From: the human T2T-CHM13v2.0 reference genome, Homo sapiens
DNA: 64,000 nucleotides
Reading direction: 5' to 3' (one strand)
Assembly (NCBI RefSeq): GCF_009914755.1
Contig: NC_060932.1
Both the position numbers and the translations under genes were made by a program. Below the pieces are notes generated by a model, which saw only the letters and a list, made by a program, of their open reading frames with translations, was not told the DNA's origin and did no database searches. This document shows positions 14,629 to 32,309 of the stretch, piece by piece. The first letter of the stretch is position 1, and every line of letters starts with the position of its first letter.

Positions 14629-15185
14629 CTGCAAGAGGGGAGAAGCAACAGTGCTGATATGGAAGACGCCTCACCACACCAATCACCCGGCCCAGCCCAC
14701 CGCCGCAGACTGGCTGGGCAGGATGACGATGGACTCCACGGCACCCGTGAGCCGCCCCCGGGCAGCCAACCCCACTCCTCAGTGCTCCTGATGCCTGGCC
14801 CTGCGTTGCAGCGAAGCCTGGCCAGCCCCACACGCAGCAGGGAGGCTGTGCCCACCAGCCAGGATCCCCCCCATGCCAGTCTGAGACACCAGCCCCACTC
14901 CACGATGGGCCGGGGCAGGCACAAGCCAAGCATGGGGGGACCGCGGGACCGTAGGACTGGAGGACTGGGAGGAGGGCGAACAGGAGGACACAGGACCTGC
15001 TCCGCCCTCACTCTCAGCCCCACATCTGAGACTCAGTGTCCCCAGCTGTCCACACAGGCGACACTCGCCGGCAGTCACTGGGGAAGGACACGGGGCCACA
15101 CGTGTAGCACAAGGGCGCTCAGGAGCAATCCATGTTCACACGGACCACCTGACTTCCAACAACAATGCTGTGTTCACCAGGTGTA

Positions 15186-15675
15186 CAGTCCATCCTTGAA
15201 AAACACGGGTCTGAGCCAGGAGGGCCACATATACATGGATTTTCTTCCTCCTCTGCCTCCCCTGAGACAGCACAACCAACCCCCTTCCTCTTCCTTCTCC
15301 TCGGCCTACTCAATGTGAACACGACGAGGATGAAGATCTTTAGGATGATCCACTTCCACGTAATGACAGTAAATATGTGTTCTCTTCCTTATTATTTTCT
15401 TACTACCATTTTCTATTCTGACTTTATAGGAAGAGTATAGTAGATATTACAATAGCATACAAAATGCACGTGAATTGACTGTTGTTATCCGAAGGCTTCC
15501 CATCAACAGCAGGCTGTTTGTAGTTAAGAGAAGGAGGAGGAGAAGGAGGAGGAGGAGGAGGAGGTGACGGTGGAGGAGGTGACTGCGGAGGAGGAGGAGG
15601 AAAGTAAGACATGGGTTTTTGACCACCTGGTGGGGGTCAGTGCCCCTAAACCCTAAGTTGTTCAAGGGTCAAGTG
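15186..15675. mobile_element. Tigger2a (MER28)-like Tc1/mariner DNA transposon
   Basis: TIRs CAGTCCATCCTTGAA ... TTCAAGGGTCAAGTG, TA on the left flank, internal CCTGAGACAGCA...GAGGATGAAGATCTTTAGGATGATCCACTTCCAC. Confidence 0.85.
15528..15601. repeat. (GGA)n-type microsatellite
   Basis: GAAGGAGGAGGAGAAGGAGGAGGAGGAGGAGAGG...GGAGGAGGAGGAGG. Confidence 0.9.
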
Positions 15676-16340
15676 TGAAAAAAATGAACCTTGACCTCTA
15701 CCTCATCCAATCTCGTACGTAAAACTTAGTTCTAGATGCACTGTAGGTCTAAATGTTAAAAGTAAAATAATAAGGCTTTTGGAAAGAAATGTAGGAGAAA
15801 ATCCTTGTGGCCTTACAGTAGGCACAAATATCTTAATTGGACACACACAAAAAACAATGCACAAAAGAAAAATTAACAAATTGGACTATAGTAAAATTAA
15901 GAACATCTGTTTATCAAGAAACTATTAAGCAAAAAAAAAAAAAAAACCCACATCCTAAGTGGGAGATATTTGCTACAGAGAACATGTGTAATGTGTGTGT
16001 GTAATCTGACAAAGGGCCACATCAGACATATTAAAAACTCCTACCAATAAGTAAGGAAATCAGCCGAGTGTGGTGGAGCGTGGCTATGGTCCCAGCTACA
16101 CGTGAGGAAGAGGAGGGAGGATCCCGCCACTGCGCTCCAGCCTGGGCGACAGAGCGAGACATTGTCTCAAAAAAAAAAAAAAAAAAAAAAAAGCCAGACA
16201 CAACTGAATGCACAGAGTACAGTTGCCTTTCCTGAGGTTCAAGGTCAGGCAAAAGCAGCCTCTGCTGTTAGAAATCAGAACCCATGGCCTCCGGCCCGGG
16301 TGGTGACGGGGAGGGACCCACGGCTGTATGGCTGCTCCTA
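15676..16340 (+). mobile_element. L1ME-like fragment with deleted Alu right arm (16058-16192)
   Basis: ATGAACCTTGACCTCTACCTCA, AAATTGGACTATAGTAAAATTAAGAACATCTGTT, ATCTGACAAAGG. Confidence 0.7.
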
Positions 16341-16807
16341 GCCTTGGTGCCACTTCGCCTGTAGCACTGGCTTATAGAAGCCACAGGGCCTCACATGTGC
16401 CGCTACACTCCAACAGTCTGCCGAACCGTGGTGGGCACTGCTGTGGTGGGCACCTGTCTTCTTGCTCCCGGATGCCCCAGCTGGTATCAGTACAGCCCCC
16501 ACCCCGCCCCCCAGGAGAGGCCATTCCATAGATACTAGCTGTGCTAATTCAAGGGGAAATAAAAAAGACTCAAGCCCCAGAAGAGAGCACAGCAGGTGAC
16601 GGGAAGGGACACTGCAGGCCAATTGGAAACTTTCTCCAAGTCCCAGACAGATTGTGGGGCCACAAATCCTACCTACACTCACGCCGCTCACAAGCGGGGT
16701 AACCACCTCCTTAGAGGAAACGCGCTTTCCGCCACTCAAATCTCCACACAAGTATTTATTTTAATGCTTGGGACTGCTACGAATGCTATTTTTAAAAATG
16801 AAACTCA

Positions 16808-17130
<323 letters not shown>

Positions 17131-18236
17131 ATGAAACTCAAATATTTTTAATTTCTTGTTTGAGAGGAAACAGGTGACCTGCTCGTACAGCTTCAATCTT
17201 TTTGAAAAGTAAAACAGCAGTATCAGTGAAGTTCTAAAAAGCTAAAAAGCATCCACCACAGCCTGAGAGCCACCTTGACCAACTCCTTCCCCTATGCACC
17301 TGCTTTCCATCCTCAGTCCATCCTTCCATCATGGGTTCCAACATGCTCACTGACCTCCTTGTCCTCTTAGACTCAACTCAGGCGTCACCTCTCAGGAAGC
17401 TTCCTCCCATCTGGGACCCCACGCCACAGTGAGTCCAAATGCACCGGGTCTGCAATCAGGCACTGCGAGTCCCCAAACTCTGCTTTTCATTGTTGAAGTT
17501 GTTTTAATTATTCCAGGTCCTTTGCATTTCTATATGAATTTCAGGATCAGCTTCTCGATTTCTACAAAATAGCCTGCTGGGATTTTGATTGCAGTTGTGT
17601 TGAATCTATCGATGAGTAAGAGGAAAATCAACATCTCACCTACATTAAATCTGATCTGGGAGCAAAACATCTCTCTCTAGTTGGGTCTACTTTCAGCAAC
17701 ATTTTGTAGTTTTTAGTGTACAAATCTTGCACATATTAGTTAAGTCACCCTAAGCATTTCATATTTATAATACTAACAAAATATAATTTCCAATTTTTTG
17801 TTGCTAATACAGAAAAAAATGTTATTTGTTTTTACAATTTGATCTTGTAACCTTGATAAACTCACTTATTAGTTCTAATTGTTTTTCACAGATTTATTAT
17901 GTTTTCTGCAGAGATGATCATGTCAACAGTGAATAAAAAGTTTTACTTCTTCCTTTCCAAACTAGATCCTTTATTTTTCTTGCATAATTGCACTGGGAAG
18001 AACCTGCAGTATTATTACTGAACACAATTAGTAAGAGTGAACATATGTGCCTTCCTCCTAATCTCAGGGAAAGCATCCAGTCTTTTACCATTAAGTATGA
18101 TGTTGACTGTAACTTTTTCATGAATGCCTTTTGTATTTTTAGTTTGTCAAGTTATTTTTTAAATTAGGAATGGATGTTGGATTTTGTAAAATACTTTTAC
18201 TGTATCTATTGAAATGATCACATGGTTTCTCTTTAG

Positions 18237-18633
<397 letters not shown>

Positions 18634-19362
18634 CATATTGTCCTTTTTATATATTCTCAAATGGGATTGGCTAAAATTTTGTTAAGAATTTTTACATCCA
18701 TATTCATATTCATTTTTGCATCTATTTTCTTCTTGTAACATCTTTGGTTTTGCTATCAGAGTAATACCAGCATAACAAAATGAGAAGTATTCCCTCCTCT
18801 CAAATTCCTGGGCGAGTTTATATAGAATTGCTATTATTTCTTCCTTAAATGTGTGGCAGAGATTCCAGTGAAGCCAGATGGGCATGTAGTTTCTTTGTGG
18901 GAAGGTTTTCAATTACACATTGAATCTATTTAATAGATACAGAGCTGAGCAGGCTCTAAAAATTTCTTCTTACGTGAGTATGAATGGTTTGTCTTTCAAG
19001 GAACTTGCCCATTTCATATAAAATTAATCACATTTGTTGGCATAAGTTATTATACCATACTATTCCTTTATATCTTCTTAAGAGCAACAGACTCTGTAGC
19101 TATGCCACATCTTTCATTTTTGACATTGATATAAAAATGTCTTGCTTTTTTCACTTTTCTGGCTAGAAGCTTATCGATTTTACTGACTGCCTCAAAAAGA
19201 CAGCTTAATCGTTTTTTTTCTATTTTTCTGTTTTCATTAATTTCCACTTTGATGTTTGTTTCCTTTCTTTTGCATCCTTTAGACTTAATTTGCTTTCCTT
19301 TTTCTAATTTCCTAAGCTAGAAGCAGAGTTCAGTGATTTGTACATTTAAAAAAAAAATTTAG

Positions 19363-20064
<702 letters not shown>

Positions 20065-20666
20065 TAACCTTTCTTTTGATTTCTTCTTTGACTAATGGAA
20101 CATATACTCAGTAACTAATCATCTTCCAGATATTTTTTATTGGTTTCTAATTATGTTTTTCTCAGAGAACATAATTTATATGATTTGAATTTGTTCAAGT
20201 TTATTGATGCTTTTTATGGTCCCCTAAAATGGTCTATCCTGGTAAATGTCCCGTGTGCACTGGAAAAGAACGTGCTGCCGGGTGAAGTGCGTATAAAGCC
20301 AATCGGATCAGGCTGGTTGATGGTGCTGATACTAATTTCTGTTCTACTTGTTCTATCCATCACTGAGAAACAGGTCAGGAGAGTCCCAACTACAACTGTG
20401 GATTTGTCTACTTCTCTTTGCACTATCAGTTTTTGCTTCATGTATTTTATAGCTCTGTTATTAGGTGCATACACATTTACAGTGTCTTCTTGATGAATGA
20501 ACTCTTTTATCATGAAGTATCTTTATCCTGGTTGTTTCCTTTGCTCTGAAATCAGTACATTTGATATTACAGTAACTCCGGATTGCTTTACATCAGAGTT
20601 AGAATTGTGTAACATTTATCCTTCTTTTACTTATAACCTATTTATTTATTTAAATTTAAAGAGGGT

Positions 20667-22033
<1,367 letters not shown>

Positions 22034-23481
22034 AGGTTTATTTTAGCCCACATATATGTGAGTATTGATTTTTTATGCAATCTGACCATCTTGCTGTGTG
22101 TTACCTGTTCTATCTGTTCTCTTTTCCTCTTTTCTGCCTTCTTTGGATTAAGTATTTTATGTGGGTCAACTTTATCTCCACTGTTCACTTATCAGCTGTA
22201 ATTTGTTGCTTTGCTATTTTAGTAAATGCTTTTGGGTTTATAACATACATCTTTACTTTGTCATACTCTGCCTTCAACGGCTATTCTACCACTTCAAATA
22301 TATGCATTTACCATTTTCTTCTCTCCTGGCCTTTTATTTTTGCCATTTTTGTCAAATATTTTATTTCTGTATATGTTATAAATTCCTCTCTGTTACACAG
22401 TTACTATTCTTAAACAATTACATTTTAGAGAGATTTAAATATCATGTATTTACCCATGTAGTTACCATTTCCAGTACTCTTCAATTTTCTGTATAGATCC
22501 AGACTTCCACATGGTTTTGTTTTCCTTCAGCCTAAAGCATCTGTAACATTTCTTTCAGTGAAGGTCTGCTGGTAATGAACTAGTTCAGCTGTTGTGTGTT
22601 TGGAAACATCTTTATGTCACCTTCACTTAAAAGATATTTAGGTATAGAATTCTTGGTGGACAGTTTTTTTTTTTTTCCCTTTCAGCATCTTAAACACACT
22701 ACACCATTGTCTTCGCACTTGCATTGTTTCTCATGAGAAATCTGCTGTCATCTGTGTCTTTGTTCCTTCATACACAAAAGGCCTTGCTTTTTTTTTTTCT
22801 GGCTGCTTTTGAGATTTATCTCTTTGTAACTGGTTTTGAGTAACTCGATGATGATGTGCCTTGTGTGATTTTCTTCATTTCTTGTGCTCAGGGGTCCTTA
22901 AGATGGTCAGATCATGTGACATGAATCCATTGGTCAACAAAGAAAAAAGAAAGATGGTCAGATCTAGGCTTATAGTTTCCATCAAACTGGGAAGCTTTTC
23001 AGCTATCATGTCCTCAAACAATTCTTCTGTCCCTCCCTTCCCACTTAGGGACTCCAATCACATAATTGTTAGGCCTCTGAAAGTTGTCCTACAGCTCAAT
23101 GATGCTCTTGTTTGTTTTAAAGTATTTCTTTTCCTTGTTTCAGTTTGGAGAGTGTCTACTGCTTCATCTTTAAGTTCACTAATCTTCATCTGCAATCTCT
23201 GATCTACCATTAATCCCATCCAGCATATTTTGTACTTGGACATTTTCGTTTCAACTCTAATTTGGATCTTTTAAAATACTTCCATGTCTCTACTTAATGT
23301 GTTCAGTCTTTCCTGTTGCTCTTTGAACATATGGAATACAGTTATAATAATTACTTTAATAACCTGTCTGCTAACCCTAACATCTATGTCAGTTTTGATG
23401 GATTTTTCACTCCAGTATGGGTTCTATTTTCCTGTTTCTTTCCACACCTGATAATCTTTGGTTGGATGCCAGACATTATGA

Positions 23482-23892
<411 letters not shown>

Positions 23893-24216
23893 TGAGATTG
23901 TCACACAGCAGCAGAGCAGCATTTATTCTAGGGCTAACTGTTCTCCACTGGGTACGCTACCACATGCCCTGTGAGTTATGAGGTTTCTCAGTCAGCCTGC
24001 TGGCAACAGGCACTCTTCTTAGTGTTTTGAGAGCTCTGAGTACTTACTGTTCCCTCTAATCCTTCCAGGTGTTCCCTTACTGTTCCCTCTAATCCTTCCT
24101 GTTCTCTGGTAGTTTCCTTATATGAACACAATGATCAGTATGATGTTGAAAAACTAAGAGGAATCCTCAGCCCATCCTTTCATTCCCCATTTCACCCCTT
24201 ACGAGTCTGGATCATG

Positions 24217-24515
24217 GGGGCAGAGGCTCACGCCTATAATCCCAGCACTTTGGGAGACCAAGGTAGGAGGACTGCTTGAGCTCAGGAGTTCGAGACCAGC
24301 TGGGCAAGATGGCAAAACCTCACCTCTACCAAAAAATACAATGATTAGCTGGGCGTGGTGGCACACGCCTGTGGTCCCAGCTACTTGAAAGGCTAAGGTG
24401 AGAGGATCGCTGACCCCAGAAGGTCGATGCTACAGTGAGCTATGACTGTGGCACTGCGCTCTAGCCTGGGCAACAAAGTGAGACCCCCTTCTCTAAAAAT
24501 TAGAAAAAAAAAAAC
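24217..24515 (+). mobile_element. AluJ
   Basis: AluJ diagnostics. Confidence 0.9.
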
Positions 24516-26103
24516 AAGTCTGTATCTTACAGAAAAGTGAAGCACGTGGGCCTTCTGCCTCATCTTGCCAGATGTCTGCCTATACTCAGCTCCCCGAGAC
24601 ACAACCCCATTCTTTTAAAATACTCATCAATGCTATCTCCAAAAATCCATTCTTGTTAAACAAAAACCCAGCCTGCTGGAGACCTGATATGGCTGTCACT
24701 GCTTCCCGTCTGGCCGACACCCTCCTTTGCCATGGCTATTCCTTAGGCCCATTGTGGATTAAATCTTGTTCCCTATTTTTCATTCTCTTTGTTCACTGCA
24801 GTGAGTTTCAAGAAGGAAAGCAGAATAAATGAGTCTTTACTCAGCTGTCATTTCCAGAAGGCCCAAGTTCCACTCTCAATGCTGTTTTTAGTTTTCCCGG
24901 TTCTGAACAATGAACCCAGTCTCATGCTCTGAAAGCTCGGCTGTGAGCTGGAGACACAAGGCCCCATTCTCCCCGCCCAGTGCCTGGGCCAGGCTGGGCA
25001 AAGACACGACCCCAGTGAGCAGGACAGGCACGTCCGGCATTTGCCGCCCCTTCAGCAGCTGTGCTCACCAAAGCCGCCTGCTCCAGGACAGGCCAGGTTG
25101 AGGGGTTTAGAGCTGTGACCCAGCCCATCAGCAAGCCATGGAATGGACTTGGGAGGTCAGGGCCGGCTTCTTCACCTTTCTGGGAGGGGGAAAGGAGGGG
25201 GTCAGGCACACCCCACACGGAAAGGACGGTGCTGGTTGGAGCCACCTGGATGCGCAGAAAAAGAATTTCTTACTGTGGTGTGGCTGCTGCAACATTTGCA
25301 AAGCTGCTGCTTGGCCCTGGGGCTGGCATTACACCTGGCTCCGTCTGTGTGACAAGTTCCTGAGAGAGGCAGTCTGGAGGGGCCTCTGTGCCTTTAGGAC
25401 GCATGGACCTGCCTGGCAGCACAGCCCCTTCCTGGATCCTCTGTGTCCATGGTCAAAAGAGAGACCTGGTCTGTGACCTGGGACAGGCCCCCCACGAAAG
25501 GGTCCTGGCTTGTTCATAAATTCTGAATGAGTGTGGCTGTGGGTTGCCCCTGGCTTTAAGAGAGAAATGAGAAAACCCATGGAAGGGCTTTGTAAATGCA
25601 GGAAACAGAGGCTCAGGCACTACAAGGGTCAGACCCCTCCTCGGAGCCTGCTTGTGTCCTAGGAGGCCGCCTGGTCAAAGGGTGCTCAGCTACTCCTTTG
25701 ACCCCCTCCAAGCTGAGCCCCCCAAGCCAACCTCCAGGGTAAGAGATGAGGCTGAGTGTTGCTGACTCTGAGCCACTGCCTCACCCCAGGCCGCCCTAGG
25801 CAGCAGCCAGGAGGTGGGGAGGGCAGGGGGGGCCCAAGGGCCATAGGGGCAGCATCCAGGTGCGGCACAGTGGCCTCAGGCAGCAGGACGGGTGCAGGAG
25901 GACCTGGGTCCCACGAAGGACGGCGAGTGCCAGTGGCATCCTGTGGTGCAGGGTATTTTTCTTATTACTCAAACCTCTTTAAAAAATGATTGTTTAAAAT
26001 CTGGTAAATAAAAATGTCTTCTGCTCACTACCATATATGCCCAATGCCCAGTGAATCAATGTTGCCCAGTGAATCAACAAACACTATTTTAAAACAAAAC
26101 AAT

Positions 26104-26477
<374 letters not shown>

Positions 26478-26542
26478 TCAAAGGGCTTCTCACCTGTCAC
26501 TGACTTTGGCAGGCGGGACAAGCGGCGCAGCACCAGCAAGAG

Positions 26543-26672
26543 CCAGGAGACCTGAGCACCCAGCACCGCAAACCAGGAGACCTGAGCACCCAGCGCCACA
26601 AACCAGGAGACCTGAGCACCCAGCGCCGCAAACCAGGAGACCTGAGCACCCAGCGCCGCAAACCAGGAGACC
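26543..26672. repeat. 30-bp tandem repeat x~4.3
   Basis: Unit CCAGGAGACCTGAGCACCCAGCGCCGCAAA. Confidence 0.95.
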
Positions 26673-26965
26673 CCTCCAGCTCAGCTGGGCATCCTGGGAA
26701 CACAGCCTTCAGGCTGAGAGCCCAGCCTTGGCCCCAGGAGATAAGAAACTGAAAAGACAAAAAAAAAAAAAAAAGGCAGGAGCAGCTGAACTCTGCCAGC
26801 CGCACCCGCTCTAGTCTGGTTTTGTGATCTAAAGTGAGGTTTTTGTTCTTTTAATCATGGAATCTTGCCTCTCACCTGGCTTTGTTGGTTGCCTTTCTGT
26901 ATAGTTTTATGTTTTGCTTTCGTCTTCTGCATTGATTTTAAAAATTCTATTTGTTCTTCCTCTGC

Positions 26966-27276
<311 letters not shown>

Positions 27277-28529
27277 TAGAATATTTTAATTTTTATTAGG
27301 TGGTTACTGTAACATTTCTCAAAAAATCCTGAGCTCCACCCTTTCAAGAACCCCTCGCCTGCCTGCATGGCAAAGCCCACCCGAGCCCAGTGCCCCTTGT
27401 CCCCGCCCTCTCCCAGACTGGGGTCCTGGTGTGGGGCTGGGGCCACATGGGGTCCTGAAAGGGCAGGGCTGGTGCTGAGGGGTCTGTCATGATCACGTCC
27501 CGCCTCTTCTTTTCTGCTCAGTAATCTCACATGAGCTTTTTAAAAAGAATCCACTTCACAGTTTACTGATGTGGAATTTTTGTTTTTGCCTGTGTTCGTG
27601 GGTAGTTTAATAGGTGACGGGAGAGGAAGCTTCTGGAGGTCACCGTGGACTCTATCCTGAGGCTGTCCACCAGAATGCTGTACCCAGAGACCTGCCTGAG
27701 GTGGGGGTTGCTGCCTGCAGAGGTTGTGGTGGGCGCGAGCAGGCAGGCAGAGCCCCGAGGACGCGCCTCAGCCATGCGCCCTCCATCCCCAGGCCCAGGG
27801 CCAGCCTCAGCCACCTCCCCCTCTGCTGGGGCTGCCGCCTGCTCAGCTGGGAGGGAGGTCCCTGAAGAGGCCGGGCGCAGGAAGCGGCTCCCTGCAACGT
27901 GGTACCCGGTTCTCGCATGGGAGGCGCAGTGCTGGGCTTCCTGGGAGCAAGTCCTGCTGGGGCCTCCCCAGCCCCCGGCACTGCCTACCTCCTCCCGAGG
28001 CCCTGTGGCGTGGCGTGAGCAGGACCGCGGGCGCACAGCCACCGTGGCGGGCACAGTTGCGCACTGGTGACAGCGGCCTCGTCTGGTTCTTCCCACAACC
28101 CTATGAGGCAGGTGTGCTCCGTCCTCATCCTCGTCCTGCAGACGTGGGGCCCCCAGGGCCTGTGGTGGTCTCCATAGCAGTCAAGGCCACAGCCCAGCCT
28201 GGTCCACAGTGGACACAGGGAGCAGGACAGGCCCAGAGAGCAGGACAGGCCCAGGCCCCAGGCACGTCACAAGGGCTTCCCACCCCCACCTCACATTGCC
28301 GGAAAGTTCCAGTCATGAGTGGGCAACAGGCGCTTGCTTCCAACGTCCCACGCCGAATCTGGAACAGAGGATGCTCTGTGCCAGCTCCAGACAGGGTCTG
28401 CTGGGAAAGCAAGCGCGGAAACAGCATCTGCCTGGGCTGGCGACGCCCGCCATAGACCAGGGTGCCAGAGGCCCCTCGCTCCGAGAAGCGCGGGTCCCCA
28501 TCCCCGCTCCAGGGCCGGCACGCAGCATG

Positions 28530-29795
28530 CATGTGGGCCTGTGTGTCCCAGAGGGAGAGTGTGTGCCCGTGTGCGTGTGCGCCCGTGTGCGTGAGCCCGT
28601 GTGTCCCTGAGACAGCAGGTATGCTCGTGTGCGCGTGAGCTCGTGTGTCCCTGAGAGACCGTTTGTGTGAGCCTCTGTGTCCCTGAGAAAGCGTGTGTGC
28701 CTGTGTGCACGTGAGCCTGTGTCCGAGACAGCGTGAGTACCCGTGTGTGTGTGAGACTGTGTGTCCCTGAGAGAGCGTGCATGTCCGTGTGTGAGCCTGT
28801 GTGTCCAAGAGCGTGTGTCCGTGCATGAGCCTGTGTACCTGAGAGCACGTATGCCTGTGTGCATGAGAGCTTGTGTGTCCCTGAAAAAGCATATGTGTCT
28901 GTGTGCGTGTGAGCCTGTGTGTACCTCAGTGTGTGCCCGTGTGTGTGAGCCTGTGTCCGAGAGAGCGCGTGCCCGTGTGTGTGAGCTTGTGTCCCTGAGA
29001 GTGTGTGTGCCCATGTGCGAGCTTGTGTGTCCGAGAGAGCGTGAGCCCGTGTGAGTGAGCCTGTACATCCCTGAGAGAGCGTGTGTGCCCGTGTGCGTGT
29101 GAGCCTGTGTCCCTGAGAGCATGTGTGCCTGTGTGCGTGTGAGCCTGTGCATCTGAGAGCGTGTGTGCCCATGTGTGAGCCTGTGCGTCCCTGACAGTGT
29201 GTGCCGGTGTTTGTGTGCCTGTGCGTCCCTGAGAGCGTGTCTGTGTGTGCCCGAGTGTGCGTTGAGCCTGTGTGTCCCTGAGCATGTGTGCCCGTGTGCG
29301 TGTGAGCCTGTGTGTCCCTGAGAGCGTGTGCCCATGTGAGCTTGTGTGTCCCTGAGAGAGCGTGTGTGCCCGTGTGTGAGCCTGTGTCCCTGAGAAAGTG
29401 TGTGTGCCCGTGTCTGTTAGCCTGTGTGTCCAAGGGAGCGTGTGTGCCCGTGTCTGTTAGCCTGTGTGTCCAAGGGAGCGTGTGTGCCCGTGTCTGTTAG
29501 CCTGTGTGTCCAAGGGAGCGTGTGTGCCCGTGTCTGTTAGCCTGTGTGTCCAAGGGAGCGTGTGTGCCCGTGTCTGTTAGCCTGTGTGTCCAAGGGAGCG
29601 TGTGTGCCCGTGTCTGTTAGCCTGTGTGTCCAAGGGAGCGTGTGTGCCCGTGTCTGTTAGCCTGTGTGTCCAAGGGAGCACGTGTGCCCGTGTGAGCCTG
29701 TGTCCCTGAGAGCATATATGCCCGTGTGCGTGAGCTTGTGTGTCCATGAGAGCATGTGTGCCCACGTGCGTGTGAGTACGTGTGTGTGAGTGCAT
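28530..29795. repeat. ~1.25-kb degenerate TG-rich satellite with a homogeneous 40-bp x7 block (29401-29680)
   Basis: GAGAGCGTGTGTGCCCGTGTGTGAGCCTGTGTCCCT-type units; block unit TGTGTGCCCGTGTCTGTTAGCCTGTGTGTCCAAGGGAGCG. Confidence 0.95.
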
Positions 29796-30745
29796 GCCCA
29801 CTGCTCAAGCAGCCCTGCCATCTGCCGAGTTTGCATCCCTTGCAAGAGTGATGGCTCCAAACCCAATTCAGGTCCAGACCGCCCTCTCTGACCCCTGACC
29901 CAGTGGGCTGCCCTGAGCACCGCCTGTGCCCATCCACCTGCGTCTCCAGGACAGGCGCCTACGTGTGAGAAGATGCTGGGACAGGCAGGGACTGTGAGTA
30001 CAGAAGAGGGGCCGTGAGGACCGGCAGGAATCCCTGGGGCCAAGCTCCTGAGGTGGCCACTGTGCCCTCGAGGTGAAGGTGCCGGGAAGGAACTGGGAAA
30101 CTGAACAGCAACTGGAAAACGCCAGGCACAGACCCGTCCCTTGGCAGCCCCGCTGTCACCAGCCTGTGAAGGCCTGCTTTGCAGGAGGCACATGGTTGGA
30201 GGGGGCCAGACTCACCACCCAGAGCCCCAGTTGGCAGCTGTGCTGGTGCTGTCCTAGCCCCCATCACAGGGTGGCCCAAGCCCCAGCCTGCAGCTGCCTG
30301 CCCTGTTAGCATGACATCACATAAACTCTGAGCAGTCCCTGCCTTCAGCCTGGACTCTGCAGGCCAACCAGTGCCCTCTCAGAAGTTGTGCAAAGGGGCA
30401 GCAGGCCAGGCCAGCACAAGCTGCATCCTGCCAGGTCTCCCTGATGAGGGCTCTGGGCTCTAGAACAGAAACCGCCCACTTCCCAAGTTTTCCACGGCCC
30501 CCAGGGCTTCCAGGCCAACAGAGGCCCTCAAACGCAGCTTGCCAGTTCCCAGGGGTGGGAAAACCACAAACCCCAGGAAGAGACAGTCCCATGGCTTCAT
30601 ATCAACACGACAGGGTCCGGAGTCAAGGTGCCACCCAGAGAAGAGGTTCTGAGGCAAGAGGCGGGAAGGGCTGGGGGGCAGGGCCTGGCAGGTGGGAGGA
30701 AGACAGTGGTGAATGTAATTGACCACTGGTTAAAAGCTCATGTTG

Positions 30746-31010
30746 TTGGGAGGCTGAGGCAGGCAGATTGCTTCAGCCCAGAAGTTCAAGACCAGCCTGC
30801 GAAACATAGTGAAACCCCATCTCTACGAAAAAATACAAAAATTAGCAGGGCGTGGTGGTGCACATCCATAGTCCCAGCTACTCAGGAGGCTGAGGTGGGA
30901 GGATGGCTTGAGGCCCTGAGGTAGAGGCTGCAGTGAGCCAAGATATCGCCACTGCACTCTGCAGCCTGGGCGACAGGAGTGAGACCCTGTCTCAGAAATA
31001 AAATAAAACA
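30746..31010 (+). mobile_element. 5'-truncated AluJ with TSD AAAAGCTCATG
   Basis: TSD at 30732-30742 and 31010-31020. Confidence 0.92.
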
Positions 31011-32309
31011 AAAGCTCATGCTCATGTTCTCCTAAGGGATAAAACTACAGTTTCAGGCAAACAAGATGTGGTCGGCTCAGTGCGGGCCGCACACGCTCAG
31101 GTACTCCTCAGAAGAGCTGAGTGACTGCGACTTGGGTAGGAAGACTCAGAATGCACAATGTTAAGGGTGACAAAGAAAATAATCAAATCAACTGGAAAAA
31201 CACAAAGGAGGAGAAACTTTCATTTACCCCACAGAAAGCAGGAAAGAAAAAGAGGAAAGGGACAGACACAGAAAACACACACAAGACTGAGCCCCCCACG
31301 GCCTTGTGCCAGCAGCGGGACACAGGCAGACCGCCTCTGCCTCGATGGGGTCTGCACAGGCCCAAGGTGAGGGGTCCCGGGCAAAGCGTGGGGGCCTTGG
31401 GGCACCAGAGGAGCGGAGGCTGAGTGGCCAAGGCTGAGGTGAGCTGCCTCTGGGAGGAATCACTTCCAGTTTCTTAACGTAGGTTCCAGAAAAACTTCAG
31501 CAATGTCCTCACACCCCCATGGCCATGTCAGCAGCCCCACCCGCCACAGGCTTCCTTCTGTGAAGCCTCCAGCCAAGTCCAAGGCTAAACCACAACAAGC
31601 AGCAGAAGGCATGGCACCTCCCAGATACTCCGGGCTCTGCCACAATGACCCGAGGGCCAGAGCGGCTGTGCCCGGAGCCGCCCTCCCAGGAGAGGAGGCC
31701 CAGTTCTGGTGGGAGAAAAACACTCCAGCCTCAGGTGCGAGCCCAGCCCACAGCACCGACAGGAGTCAATGTATTCAGAGTGGACACTTGCGTTCTGTCA
31801 GAGTAAACTATGCAGCTTTGACCAGACCTTTAATGAACAAACAAGCATTACTACCAGGTAAGATATATTTTTAAAAACTTTAAAAATCTATCACTGGGTT
31901 GGCAAGAACGTTCAGAACCTTAGAGAACAAAACCTAAGTAAAAGCAGGAACCTGGAAAAAGGAAGGCCCCGCGCAGGAGGGCCCTGGCCGGCAGCTGGCC
32001 TGCGCCCGCTCCTTTCACAGCTTTGCAGAAGTCAGGGGAGAGAGGCTGGGCCAGGCCTGGTTGCTGATCCAGTTACTGCCGGGGGACGCCCCAAGGCTGA
32101 GACTGGGAGGGTTTAGGTGAACAAGGAAGAAAGCCACCATCCAGCCCTAGGGGAAGCTCTTATCACAGTCCTGGCCCCACTCGGTCAGGACCCACAGAAA
32201 CACAATATGCTGCATGCAGGCTGCAACGGGGAGGGCAAGTCCTGTGTGGACGGAGTGCTCAGAATAAAATGTTCCTGGATCTTTGAATCGTTTGGAGGAG
32301 GGCAAAAAT

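Noticed and set aside
15642-15657. CCCCTAAACCCTAA telomere-like motif
   Set aside because: Corresponds to Tigger2a subterminal sequence and has only two imperfect units.
27563-28096. 177-aa minus ORF ending near ATTAAA, as an alternative terminal exon
   Set aside because: Lies upstream of the start-codon exon, has no recognisable homology and only a weak acceptor.
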